A DNA stretch of 64,000 nt, from assembly GCA_034399535.1 (NCBI GenBank), contig DASCSS010000010.1, positions 2,096-66,095 of the forward strand. Direction: 5' to 3'. The position numbers were made by a program, and so were the translations under genes. Below, piece by piece: positions 38,802-47,768 of this stretch. Below the pieces are notes generated by a model. It did not search any database and was not told the DNA's origin. It worked only from the letters and a program-made list of their open reading frames with translations. This stretch comes from Candidatus Thalassarchaeaceae archaeon (GTDB lineage: Archaea; Thermoplasmatota; Poseidoniia; Poseidoniales; Thalassarchaeaceae). How positions within the stretch are numbered: position 1 is the stretch's first letter; every line of letters begins with the position of its first letter.

Positions 38802-38938
38802 TTGTGGTAAAAAGTTATTTAATTACTGTTTTTATTGTGGTATATTAGACATATTTGGCAATAGATTCGTGAAAATTCTCAATACTATCATTAAATGTGG
38901 TAATTTACTAATCAGTATACCGAATAATTGTTGTACTA
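38802..38938. promoter_or_regulatory. Strongly AT-rich intergenic island carrying three TGTGGTA repeats and TATA-like elements, immediately upstream of the fused E1 gene.
   Basis: About 22% GC against about 52% for the window. TGTGGTA occurs at 38803-38809, 38836-38842 and 38896-38902. TTTACTAA and AGTATAC lie about 20-35 nt upstream of the ATG at 38939. Confidence 0.4.
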
Positions 38939-41839
38939 ATGTTTGTTATCAGTACTATGTTCAATGGACGTCATGGAGTATGGGGGTGCCCCCATTGCAA
39001 TTTTCATCAGACTTGGAAAACTAGATCACAAAGGTCTAGCAAACTAGACAGGAAATGTGGAAAATGCGGAGAAAGGGCCAGGGTTACCCTCGATAGGTCC
39101 ATTTCAGGGAAGGGTCGTACCAGGAAGGTCCGGATATGGGAGAGGCCGCTGTCATGCAGTATGGAGCAGTTAGAAAAAGAGGCGAGGAGGAGGAACTCAG
39201 ACGATGGAATTGTCAAAAAAAGTGGAAGTGATCATGTTGAAGATATGGAAAATGGGAAAACACAAGCAGACCTTCCTCCAATCTGGGGTGCTGGTTGGTG
39301 GCCAAAAGAATCCCTTGATTTTCCAACTCCCTTAGATCTCAACGGAGTTAGGACAGAACTGCTCAGGTTCGTGACAGAAAGGAATGATGGACATCTTGAA
39401 ACTGTAGTCAAATGCTGGGATTCAATGGATCAAGAAAGATCTTTGGGTGGCTCTGAATTTCATATATTTTCCAAGAAATTACTTCTGGAAATTGAAAAAT
39501 GTCTCGAGGAGCGGATGCTTGGTCCCGACTTTTCGCCATTGATGGAAGAGGAAATAATTCCAAGGAGGTCTGGAGGGGCATACTTGAGCAGGCGTGCAGT
39601 TAGATTTCTGATTGATGTGTCTCTATGCTTACGGAGAATTGCCTACTACGCTTCAATCTCGCTGGATCTTAGAGAACAATGGCAAAGATGGATGACTCGA
39701 ACCCGATTAGTAGATGAACAACTCAAGGAGCTGTTCGCATCAGGACTACCTACGCCGGATGGTGGGAGTTTTGGAGGGAAAGGCTTCAGATCCACTTGGC
39801 AAGAGGGGATAGTGTCCTGTGCATCGTCCATGAGTAGATCCGTTGATTTGCCATCTGAAGAGAGGCATCGTGCAGACATAGTGGCCCCAATGATCAGAGA
39901 TATGGGGCTTGCAATTGCTATGGGGCAGACGCCAGAAGAGGTTTTTGCAGCGCAAATGGGGAAATCGGAATCAAATATGAATGGTGGAAATCATGGCTGT
40001 GGGGGGAGGGACCTTCACATCGGGAATTGGGAGAAGAGAGTCCTTCCACCGACTGCCCCCCTGCCTATAGCCAGTGCGACAACCACTGGATTAGCATTGG
40101 CAGCAAAAAGATTGGGGATTGATAGATTTCACCTTGCACCTGTAGGAGAAGGGTGCAGCAGCAGTGGAGAGTTTTGGGAGGCAATGAACTTCGCAGGGGT
40201 TCGGGGGCTCCCGATATGTTTCATGATTCAGAATAACCAAATTGCCCTGGACACCTTTGCATCTGTTCAGTCGGCAGCAGAAACATTCGGTGACAAGGGG
40301 ATCGCAATGGGGATCCCATCATGGACAATCGATGGTTCCGATCCGGCCATGTTCTACAGCTCAACATCTGTTGCAAGGGAGTTTGCACGAGGGGGCGGAG
40401 GAGCGACACTGATTCATGTAGAGACGATGCGTGGATGCGGACATGCACATCATCACGATGACTTGTATCTTGGAGCGTCCAGCGGAAACCCCCCTGGATA
40501 CGTCGACAGGGATTTGTTGTCTTACTGGGCCAAAAAGGACCCGCTTCCAAACCATAGGGAACTATTGATTCAACTAGGTTCAAATGAGGCTTCAATCGCA
40601 AGAATGGAGAAATCCGAAGAGGAGATGGTGGAAGGGGCTAGAAGGGCGGTTGAGGAGATGGAGTGGCCAGAGGGACACTCTGTTACGCGGGGAGTGACTT
40701 CTCTGCACGATGCCCCATCACACGAGCAGCAACTATTGAGGATTGATTCGGGTTCGGGAGGGGGAGATTCCCCCTTACTTCCGGGCAAGATGTCGATTAG
40801 TTTCTCGGATTTGCCAGGTTCTTGGACATATAGCAAGGCAATTCAAAATGGTCTGGCTGCATTGGCTGACAAGTATGGTGAGGAGATTGTTTTCATGGGG
40901 GAGGACATGGAAATAGCTGGAGCATTCGGAATGAATCTACCATTGAAAGCAAAGGGGCATCAGGAAAAATTGCTAGACATGCCATTGTCAGAGTCAATCA
41001 TAATCCACTCGGCTACCGGTGCGGCCCTAGGAGGGATGAGACCCGTTGCTGAAATTCAGTTCGGGGGGTTTGCATCTCTAGCTATGAATCCACTAATCAA
41101 CAATGCGGCTCAACTCAGATGGAGGTGGGGAGCAGACGTGCCAATGACAGTTAGAATCCCACTTGGAGCAAAGACTCGGAGTGGCCCCTTCCACGCGAAC
41201 ATGATTGAATCGTGGTTTGCCAATGACCCGGGTCTAGTAATCGTGGCACCTAGTACTCCGCAGGATGCCTATGACTTGCTAATTGAGGCCCATGAACTAC
41301 CCGATCCAGTTATCTTCCTGGAGCATATTGGACTGTATGGCCTAAGAGGGGGAAATACTGGTTGGGGGAATTCAATAAACCAACTGGTTGATTCCGATGC
41401 TGTCCATGAAAGACTCAGTGAGGGTTTGAATTCAATCGGTGAGGCACGAATAATTCGTGGGGGGAGGGATCTAACAATTGTGACTTGGGGGGCCATGGTC
41501 CACGTCGCTATCGAAGCGGCAATGAACGCATCAAAGAAGGGTTTGGAGGTGGAAATTATTGACCTGAGAACGCTTATTCCGATGGATTCGCAAACGTGTG
41601 TGGAATCAGTCCTAAGAACGGGGAAGCTACTTGTTCTTCAGGAAGCCCAATGGACAGGTGGAATCGGTCACACGGTTTGTAGCAGGATAATTGAGGAGGC
41701 ATTCTGGAGCCTTGATTCGCCCCCAATAGTAATTGGAGCTCTTGACACCCCCGTTCCATTCTCGCCCACCTTGGAAGACTATACCGTCCCTTCAGCATCC
41801 TTGGTGTCCCGTCACATAGAGAGGGCTTGCATGCAATAG
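38939..41839 (+). CDS. Fused 2-oxoacid dehydrogenase E1 component (TPP-dependent E1 alpha followed by E1 beta) with a ~190-aa N-terminal extension containing a zinc ribbon.
   Basis: Zn ribbon CPHC-X17-CGKC at aa 17-43. E1 alpha-like region with …GGNHGCGGRDLHIG… and TPP motif …PVGEGCSSSGEFWEAMNFAGVRGLPICFMIQNNQIALDT…. E1 beta-like region from about aa 618 (…GEDMEIAGAFGMNLPL…LLDMPLSESIIIHSATGAALGGMRPVAEIQF…). Single ORF. Alternative internal start ATG at 39515 (MLGPDFSPL…). Confidence 0.75.
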   Translation: MFVISTMFNGRHGVWGCPHCNFHQTWKTRSQRSSKLDRKCGKCGERARVTLDRSISGKGRTRKVRIWERPLSCSMEQLEKEARRRNSDDGIVKKSGSDHVEDMENGKTQADLPPIWGAGWWPKESLDFPTPLDLNGVRTELLRFVTERNDGHLETVVKCWDSMDQERSLGGSEFHIFSKKLLLEIEKCLEERMLGPDFSPLMEEEIIPRRSGGAYLSRRAVRFLIDVSLCLRRIAYYASISLDLREQWQRWMTRTRLVDEQLKELFASGLPTPDGGSFGGKGFRSTWQEGIVSCASSMSRSVDLPSEERHRADIVAPMIRDMGLAIAMGQTPEEVFAAQMGKSESNMNGGNHGCGGRDLHIGNWEKRVLPPTAPLPIASATTTGLALAAKRLGIDRFHLAPVGEGCSSSGEFWEAMNFAGVRGLPICFMIQNNQIALDTFASVQSAAETFGDKGIAMGIPSWTIDGSDPAMFYSSTSVAREFARGGGGATLIHVETMRGCGHAHHHDDLYLGASSGNPPGYVDRDLLSYWAKKDPLPNHRELLIQLGSNEASIARMEKSEEEMVEGARRAVEEMEWPEGHSVTRGVTSLHDAPSHEQQLLRIDSGSGGGDSPLLPGKMSISFSDLPGSWTYSKAIQNGLAALADKYGEEIVFMGEDMEIAGAFGMNLPLKAKGHQEKLLDMPLSESIIIHSATGAALGGMRPVAEIQFGGFASLAMNPLINNAAQLRWRWGADVPMTVRIPLGAKTRSGPFHANMIESWFANDPGLVIVAPSTPQDAYDLLIEAHELPDPVIFLEHIGLYGLRGGNTGWGNSINQLVDSDAVHERLSEGLNSIGEARIIRGGRDLTIVTWGAMVHVAIEAAMNASKKGLEVEIIDLRTLIPMDSQTCVESVLRTGKLLVLQEAQWTGGIGHTVCSRIIEEAFWSLDSPPIVIGALDTPVPFSPTLEDYTVPSASLVSRHIERACMQ

Positions 41840-41845
41840 GCATGA

Positions 41846-42850
41846 ATGTACGGAAGAGTCATCAGTACTCTTCTCTGGGGGGAAAACGTGAATGACGGAT
41901 TAATCGATGTCGCATACATCTTAGTTGGTTTCATATTCCTAATGACAGGTGGAGAGGGGCTGGTCCAGGGGGCCGTGAGGATTTCTGGGAAGCTCCAAAT
42001 TCCTCCACTACTAGTTGGGTTTACCGTCGTGGCAATTGGTACCTCGTTACCAGAGTTGGCTGTGGCCCTCCAGGCAGTGAGTAGTGGTTCAGAGGAAATA
42101 GCCGTGGGAGGGGTTCTAGGTTCGAACGTGGCAAATGTAATGCTGGTTCTCGGAAGTGCGGCTTTACTGGGCGCATGTTCAGAACCCGACAAAGGAACGG
42201 GAAGAGACTCAATAGCAGTAATGGTATGTACAACATTCTTACTTTTCTTCGTTCTTTTGGGGGAGATTCCCCTCTTAGGAGGGGTAGTAATGGTAATCGG
42301 GCTAGTGGGATACTACTGGTACGCGTACAGGGATGCTAGGAAATCTGGGGAACAGATAGAGCTAGCAGATTCTTGGCTTCCGGATAAGTTGACATTGGCG
42401 GTTCCAACATGCATATTGGGGGGATTAATGATTTGGCAAGGAGCAGTACTTCTGGTCGAAGGAGCCACGGGGGTAGCGACAAAGTACGATATCCCCGAAG
42501 ATGTGATTGGCCTGACGTTGGTTGCACTGGGGACGTCGCTTCCGGAATTAGCAGTAACCCTTGTCGCTGGACTACGAGGGCAAGGTGGGGTGGCCATCGG
42601 AAACGTTCTCGGCTCCAATGTGATGAATATCCTCGGTATCTTGGGCACAGCGGCGATTTACGCCCCGGGAGGAGGTTTGGAGATAGCTGGAGAGTTTGCA
42701 AGCAGGGACATCTGGGTTGTAATGGCCACTTCGGGATTCATTGCCTGGATGCTCCTGTCGGGAAGGGATATTGACAAGAGATCTGGATTTGCAATGATTT
42801 GCACATACCTGGTATACATGGGATACTTAGGATACGTTGGAATTGTATAG
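41846..42850 (+). CDS. Na+/Ca2+ exchanger family (CaCA, YrbG-like) membrane protein.
   Basis: Two alpha-repeat signatures GTSLPELAV(A/T)L, one in each half of a ~10-TM protein. Confidence 0.8.
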   Translation: MYGRVISTLLWGENVNDGLIDVAYILVGFIFLMTGGEGLVQGAVRISGKLQIPPLLVGFTVVAIGTSLPELAVALQAVSSGSEEIAVGGVLGSNVANVMLVLGSAALLGACSEPDKGTGRDSIAVMVCTTFLLFFVLLGEIPLLGGVVMVIGLVGYYWYAYRDARKSGEQIELADSWLPDKLTLAVPTCILGGLMIWQGAVLLVEGATGVATKYDIPEDVIGLTLVALGTSLPELAVTLVAGLRGQGGVAIGNVLGSNVMNILGILGTAAIYAPGGGLEIAGEFASRDIWVVMATSGFIAWMLLSGRDIDKRSGFAMICTYLVYMGYLGYVGIV

Positions 42851-42879
42851 CACTATTACCTCCCTCCAAGTCCGAGTTC

Positions 42880-43467
42880 GTGTCAACAGTCTGTTGCGTT
42901 GTCCTAGCAGCAGGATTCAGTGAGAGGCTTGGTGAAGAAAAGGCCTTGTTGGAAACTGGGCAAGGGCCACTAGTTGGTTGGTTGGTAAGTAGATTAGTAA
43001 GTCATGGCATAAACCCTGTAGTGGTTACTAGAAGAGGCATTGCATCAGAAGTGGAGAGTTCTGTGCTTCCCTGTGAAGTTGTTGTTAATCAAATTCCTGA
43101 AGACGGTAGGACGGGAAGTATCATTGTTGGTATTTCGAAGCTCGATCGGGATTTTGGTGAAGGGTACAGGCTACTGGTAGTACCGGTTGACAGACCTGGT
43201 TTCTCTGATTCTACTTTGATGAGGTTAATCAGTTCAGAGGTAACTTGTTGCCCCTCTAAAGACGGCAGGGGAGGGCATCCCATCCTCCTCTCCAAGCGAG
43301 ACGTGGAAATAATTAGGAGTGCCCCCCATGATGCCCCCTTGCGGTCCATTATTTCGAAAGAAAGATTCCAAGTGAACGATCGATTTCTTCATTTGAATAT
43401 CGATTCTACGGAAGATTTGGAGGACTTTAGGGAATTAATGGAAAACATGGAGGAATCCGGAGTTTGA
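42880..43467 (+). CDS. MobA-like nucleotidyltransferase (molybdenum cofactor guanylyl/cytidylyl-transferase; possibly MocA given neighbouring XDH-family genes).
   Basis: N-terminal VVLAAGFSERLGEEKALL matches the MobA LAGGxSxRMGxDK motif. The ORF is open from 42799, overlapping the upstream gene. GTG at 42880 is preferred. Confidence 0.55.
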   Translation: MSTVCCVVLAAGFSERLGEEKALLETGQGPLVGWLVSRLVSHGINPVVVTRRGIASEVESSVLPCEVVVNQIPEDGRTGSIIVGISKLDRDFGEGYRLLVVPVDRPGFSDSTLMRLISSEVTCCPSKDGRGGHPILLSKRDVEIIRSAPHDAPLRSIISKERFQVNDRFLHLNIDSTEDLEDFRELMENMEESGV

Positions 43468-43489
43468 GAATCTATTTACGGAAAGGGAT

Positions 43490-44320
43490 GTGCCCTCGCA
43501 CATGGACATCATTGACCTGATTAGTGGTTTGGGTCCAGTTCAGCAAGCATTTGTTGCCGGACTTTTTACCTGGTTCATGACAGCTGCCGGAGCTGGTCTA
43601 GTTATTCTGTTCAATGAAATTGATAGGAAGTTGCTAGATGCAATGCTTGGATTCGCTGCTGGGGTAATGATTGCAGCCAGTTTCTGGTCTCTTCTTTCCC
43701 CCTCTCTAGAAATGTCCGAAGGAAAGGATTTACCTGTTTGGTTTCCGGCATTGGTTGGTTTCCTATTGGGGGGAGTAGGCATGAGATCAATCGATATGTT
43801 CCTCCCTCACCTCCATCCAGGTGCTCCTCCTGAAGAGGCTGAGGGAGTAAAGACCTCGTGGCACAGAAGCATGCTCCTTGTATCGGCAATCACCCTCCAT
43901 AATGTACCGGAGGGCTTGGCCATTGGAGTGGCATTCGGGGCTGCAGCTTCTGGATTTGAGGGAGCCACAATTGGGGCTGCTGTTGCCCTTGCAATAGGGA
44001 TTGGTATCCAAAACTTTCCGGAAGGTGCTGCAGTGTCCCTTCCTCTGAGAAGAGAGGGTTTGTCCAAAAGATCAAGCTTCCTATGGGGTCAACTATCGGC
44101 AACTGTAGAGCCCGTAGCAGCTGTATTGGGCGCAGCCCTAGTGATGGCCATGGAGCCAATTCTTCCTTACGCTCTGGCATTTGCTGCTGGAGCAATGATT
44201 TTCGTGGTTGTTGAAGAGTTGGTTCCCGAAGCCCATAGAGGGGGGAATGGGGATATTGCCACAATGGGGGTCATGTTAGGTTTCTCTATCATGATGGTTC
44301 TAGACGTCGCTTTCGGTTGA
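43490..44320 (+). CDS. zupT: ZIP-family zinc/metal transporter (ZupT-like).
   Basis: Signature HNVPEGLAIGVAFGAA and QNFPEGAAVS. About 8 TM helices. 276 aa. Confidence 0.8.
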   Translation: MPSHMDIIDLISGLGPVQQAFVAGLFTWFMTAAGAGLVILFNEIDRKLLDAMLGFAAGVMIAASFWSLLSPSLEMSEGKDLPVWFPALVGFLLGGVGMRSIDMFLPHLHPGAPPEEAEGVKTSWHRSMLLVSAITLHNVPEGLAIGVAFGAAASGFEGATIGAAVALAIGIGIQNFPEGAAVSLPLRREGLSKRSSFLWGQLSATVEPVAAVLGAALVMAMEPILPYALAFAAGAMIFVVVEELVPEAHRGGNGDIATMGVMLGFSIMMVLDVAFG

Positions 44321-44365
44321 TGGGGTTAAGCGTAACCACAAAGGTGAGAGCCCGTTCACAGGATC

Positions 44366-45211
44366 GTGACTCGTGCAGTACTGGAATGGGTGCTGGAACA
44401 GTTGAGCGGAGGGGAGAGGGTGGGTCTTGCCTCAGTAATAGAAGCAAGTGGGAGCGTTCCAGGGAAGCCTGGGGCTAGAATGGCAATCTCATCTGCAGGG
44501 TCAAGGTACGGCACCGTTGGGGGTGCAGGACTTGAGAAATCCGTAGAAGACTCACTAAGAATTATGCTTGAGTCAGAGGACCGTAATTCTAGAAAGAAGG
44601 GGGGCAGGGTAGAGAGCTACATTCTCCATCGAGAGAGGTTGGGGAAGGAAGAAACTGCTTTGGACAGCCTCTGTGGTGGAAAGGTCACGGTTACCATGGA
44701 AATTCTCGAGCCCCTCCCTCACGTATTGATTGCCGGCGGGGGCCATGTTGGTCGCTGTATTGCGATTGTGTGCGATACTCTTGGATGGTCCCATAGCGTG
44801 TATGATGTTCGGGAGGAATTCGCAAATGAAGAGAGGTTCCCCTTCGCAAGCGAATTGCATTCTAGTGAGGTAGAAGAATTCCTCACCATAGAAGGCATAG
44901 AGAACCTGAAGCGTTTTTCTGATGTCCTTCTGTTGAGTCATGACTGGTCTGTGGATGAGAATTTACTAATCCGTTTGCTTGACCAAAGAGGTGATGCCAG
45001 GAGACCCAGAATTGGTGCCATAGGTTCGAAATCCAAGTGGGCATCATTCCGAAAATCGGCAATTGATTCGGGCATTCCGGTAGAAGATGTTGAATCCGTC
45101 AGATGTCCAATCGGCTTGAATATCGGAGCTGACTCCCCTGAAGAAATCGCACTCGCTGTTTGTTCGGAGATTCTTTCACTCGATAAGGGAGTCAATCTCT
45201 CCGAAGACTGA
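44366..45211 (+). CDS. XdhC/CoxI-family molybdoenzyme maturation factor.
   Basis: N-terminal XdhC_CoxI domain (…LASVIEASGSVPGKPGARMAI…YGTVGGAGLE…) and a C-terminal Rossmann-like domain (VLIAGGGHVGRCIA). Confidence 0.7.
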   Translation: MTRAVLEWVLEQLSGGERVGLASVIEASGSVPGKPGARMAISSAGSRYGTVGGAGLEKSVEDSLRIMLESEDRNSRKKGGRVESYILHRERLGKEETALDSLCGGKVTVTMEILEPLPHVLIAGGGHVGRCIAIVCDTLGWSHSVYDVREEFANEERFPFASELHSSEVEEFLTIEGIENLKRFSDVLLLSHDWSVDENLLIRLLDQRGDARRPRIGAIGSKSKWASFRKSAIDSGIPVEDVESVRCPIGLNIGADSPEEIALAVCSEILSLDKGVNLSED

Positions 45212-45236
45212 AATTAACCGACAAGTCCGGAATGAC

Positions 45237-46454
45237 ATGAGATTGGCTCCGGCTATGCTGTCAATCCTCTTGGTTCTGGCCCCTTCCAGTGGTTGCCTTT
45301 CCAATGAAGACGTGGGTGGCCAAGAAGAAATCGATGAGGTTCCTGTTTTCGGCCCGTTCAGCGTTGTTGCGCCAATCGATACAGGAATAAACGTCTATCA
45401 CAACCACTTCGTAATGAATGAATCCTATCCACAGTGGTTGCTTGATCAACTTGGAGTGAACCTTGTTTGTGAAATCAGCACCAATGGAACGTGGCAAGAG
45501 CGCTATGATGCTGACAAAGAGAATTGTTGGGACATTATCGTCGCAGGGGACATAGTTTGGTTCAAGGGGACCAAGATTATTGGGACTAGCCCAGATGATG
45601 ATACAGACATTCCAATCCTAGACGATCCCCAAGACGGACATGGGACGGCAGTTACTGGAGCGGTGTTGAACGCTAATCCAAATGCTGTAATTTTCTTTGT
45701 AGAAGGATTCAGTGACGCAGCAGTTTTAGCTGCGGCAAATCAGCCTTTAGTTGACATAATTACGACAAGTTTCGGTCCAATCCTATCCGTCCCCGTCCCG
45801 GGAATTGAAGATGCGACAAAGGTTGCTGTAGTTGAAAAGAAGAAGATTCATACTGGAGCTGCGGACAATTCCCCATCCCCTGCAATACAGGACTCTACCG
45901 CTGGCCCTCCTTGGAGCATAGGCATATCCGGCTATGCCGAAGAGGACGACGACCAGAAGGAAACGATGAGTGGCTCTTACCCGGATGTAGCGGCCGATTG
46001 GACACAAGTTCTTCCCAATCACGATGACATTGATGGTTATCACCAAACCTCTGGGACTTCTTTTGCAACTCCCCGGACTGCGGGTCTCCTGTCCGAAGTC
46101 CTGGAGACACTAAGAAATGAGTTTGGGGACGTGTCTTCGGGTGCTGATCCAATTAATCGTCTCGGCAAGCTGGTTAATGGTACCAATTTCACCCTAACGA
46201 ATGACGAATTACGTGATGCCTTGAACCTCTCTGCTTGGTATCCATCTTTTTCCACCTGGGACCCCCTATCGGGAACGACTCCCGTATCTCCGATTTTGCC
46301 GTGCACCCAACTGGGTTGGGGAGTAGTTAACAAGAGCAATGTCATCCCGATCATTGAGCATCTGAATGGGACATCACAAATCCCCCAGAGGCCTAGTGAT
46401 GTGGTAATGTGCATGGAAACCAATCAAGCAATTCGGGAAGCCTACTGGGGATAA
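45237..46454 (+). CDS. Secreted subtilisin-like serine protease (S8), lipoprotein-like signal.
   Basis: Signal …LLVLAPSSGCLSNED. Catalytic contexts VVAPIDTGIN (Asp), DGHGTAVTGAV (His) and SGTSFATPRTAGLL (Ser). Confidence 0.75.
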   Translation: MRLAPAMLSILLVLAPSSGCLSNEDVGGQEEIDEVPVFGPFSVVAPIDTGINVYHNHFVMNESYPQWLLDQLGVNLVCEISTNGTWQERYDADKENCWDIIVAGDIVWFKGTKIIGTSPDDDTDIPILDDPQDGHGTAVTGAVLNANPNAVIFFVEGFSDAAVLAAANQPLVDIITTSFGPILSVPVPGIEDATKVAVVEKKKIHTGAADNSPSPAIQDSTAGPPWSIGISGYAEEDDDQKETMSGSYPDVAADWTQVLPNHDDIDGYHQTSGTSFATPRTAGLLSEVLETLRNEFGDVSSGADPINRLGKLVNGTNFTLTNDELRDALNLSAWYPSFSTWDPLSGTTPVSPILPCTQLGWGVVNKSNVIPIIEHLNGTSQIPQRPSDVVMCMETNQAIREAYWG

Positions 46455-46480
46455 TTTTTCGACGGGTTGAATATCAATGA

Positions 46481-47143
46481 ATGGATGCGGGGAGTATGAG
46501 GAAGGTACTCCTGAGATGGAAGGTTTCCTCGCTTGGCGGACTAAAAGAAATCGGCAGATTGCTAGAAATTGTTGAGAGGATAGAAGTCCTTGGTCACCTT
46601 TCCTTTGGAGAAGAGGGGGTTACTCAGCTAGTGGAGTTAAAGCTGCGTCCAGGACACGAAATAAATGAGATTTCTGAGATGGAAAATTTTGAGTTTATTG
46701 AGATTCATGAGGAAGATGAGAATGGAATATTGGCCAGTATATTGTGCACCCACCCACTTGCCAGGACGGCCATAGAATTGTCAAACATTTACGTAAATCC
46801 GCCTTATGGAATTGATTCAGAGAGGGGAATGGAAATTCGCATGTACGGCCTTTCCGATTCCATCCGTAGGTTAATTGGACTTGTGAGGGCATTGATGCCT
46901 CCAGACAGCATTAGTGTTCAGACATTCAAAACTAACGGATTCTCAGACTATGATTTCCTAACTGAAAAGCAGAGGGATGCCCTAGAGCTCGCCGTTAGGA
47001 GGGGTTACTACGACGAAGACTCCAGCGTCACTCTGAAACAACTAGCAGATGAAATGGGAATTGCCAGAAGCACTATCGGGGAGCACCTCAAAAGGGTAGA
47101 GACGCAAATCATGAAGAAGGCTGGAGAGGAGCTGTCGTCATAA
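46481..47143 (+). CDS. HTH_10 (bacterio-opsin-activator-type) transcriptional regulator.
   Basis: C-terminal …LTEKQRDALELAVRRGYYDEDSSVTLKQLADEMGIARSTIGEHLKRVETQIMKK matches the Bat-type HTH_10 DNA-binding domain. Confidence 0.65.
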   Translation: MDAGSMRKVLLRWKVSSLGGLKEIGRLLEIVERIEVLGHLSFGEEGVTQLVELKLRPGHEINEISEMENFEFIEIHEEDENGILASILCTHPLARTAIELSNIYVNPPYGIDSERGMEIRMYGLSDSIRRLIGLVRALMPPDSISVQTFKTNGFSDYDFLTEKQRDALELAVRRGYYDEDSSVTLKQLADEMGIARSTIGEHLKRVETQIMKKAGEELSS

Positions 47144-47195
47144 TTGTTGTACTGAACCGAATGCTCAAAGGATGACTCTGCTTGTGTCGGTATGA

Positions 47196-47768
47196 ATGGT
47201 GCAGTACCGGCTACCGATGCTCCCGCATCCAAAGGAAGAAAGCTGGGGGGCCGAAGTCAATGGAGTTGCAGTCAATGCCGCAATAGAGAGTAATGCGATT
47301 CTTCTAGATGTCCTGAGGGATCAGGTGGGGAGCCTGGGTACCAAGAGAGGATGCGATTTGGGCACCTGCGGTTGCTGCTCCGTGCTAGTTAATGGTAAAC
47401 CGAGATTATCCTGCCTTACGCTGGCCACTGAAGTAAACGGATCAAATATAACCACGGTTGAAGGCCTTTCAGATGGTCATCATTTACATCCCATCCAAGA
47501 GACATTCACTGAGTACGGTGGAAGCCAGTGTGGCTTCTGTACCCCTGGATTCCTAGTCGTCATTTCTTCACTCCTTGAAGAGAATCAAGCGCCTACAGAC
47601 AAGGAAATAAAATCTGCAATAGAGGGAAATTTGTGCCGGTGCACTGGGTTTCAACAAATCGTAGATTCGGTTAGAGCGGCATCAGAAATTCTGGTTTCGG
47701 GGACCAACATAGTGGACTCCACAGCACCGAAGAGTGACCCTCACCCTGGTTTTGAAGGAGATACATAA
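47196..47768 (+). CDS. [2Fe-2S]-binding small subunit of xanthine dehydrogenase / CO dehydrogenase family molybdoenzyme.
   Basis: Plant-type ferredoxin cluster …CDLGTCGCCSV… and a second cluster …CGFCTPGF…CRCTGF…. Confidence 0.85.
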   Translation: MVQYRLPMLPHPKEESWGAEVNGVAVNAAIESNAILLDVLRDQVGSLGTKRGCDLGTCGCCSVLVNGKPRLSCLTLATEVNGSNITTVEGLSDGHHLHPIQETFTEYGGSQCGFCTPGFLVVISSLLEENQAPTDKEIKSAIEGNLCRCTGFQQIVDSVRAASEILVSGTNIVDSTAPKSDPHPGFEGDT

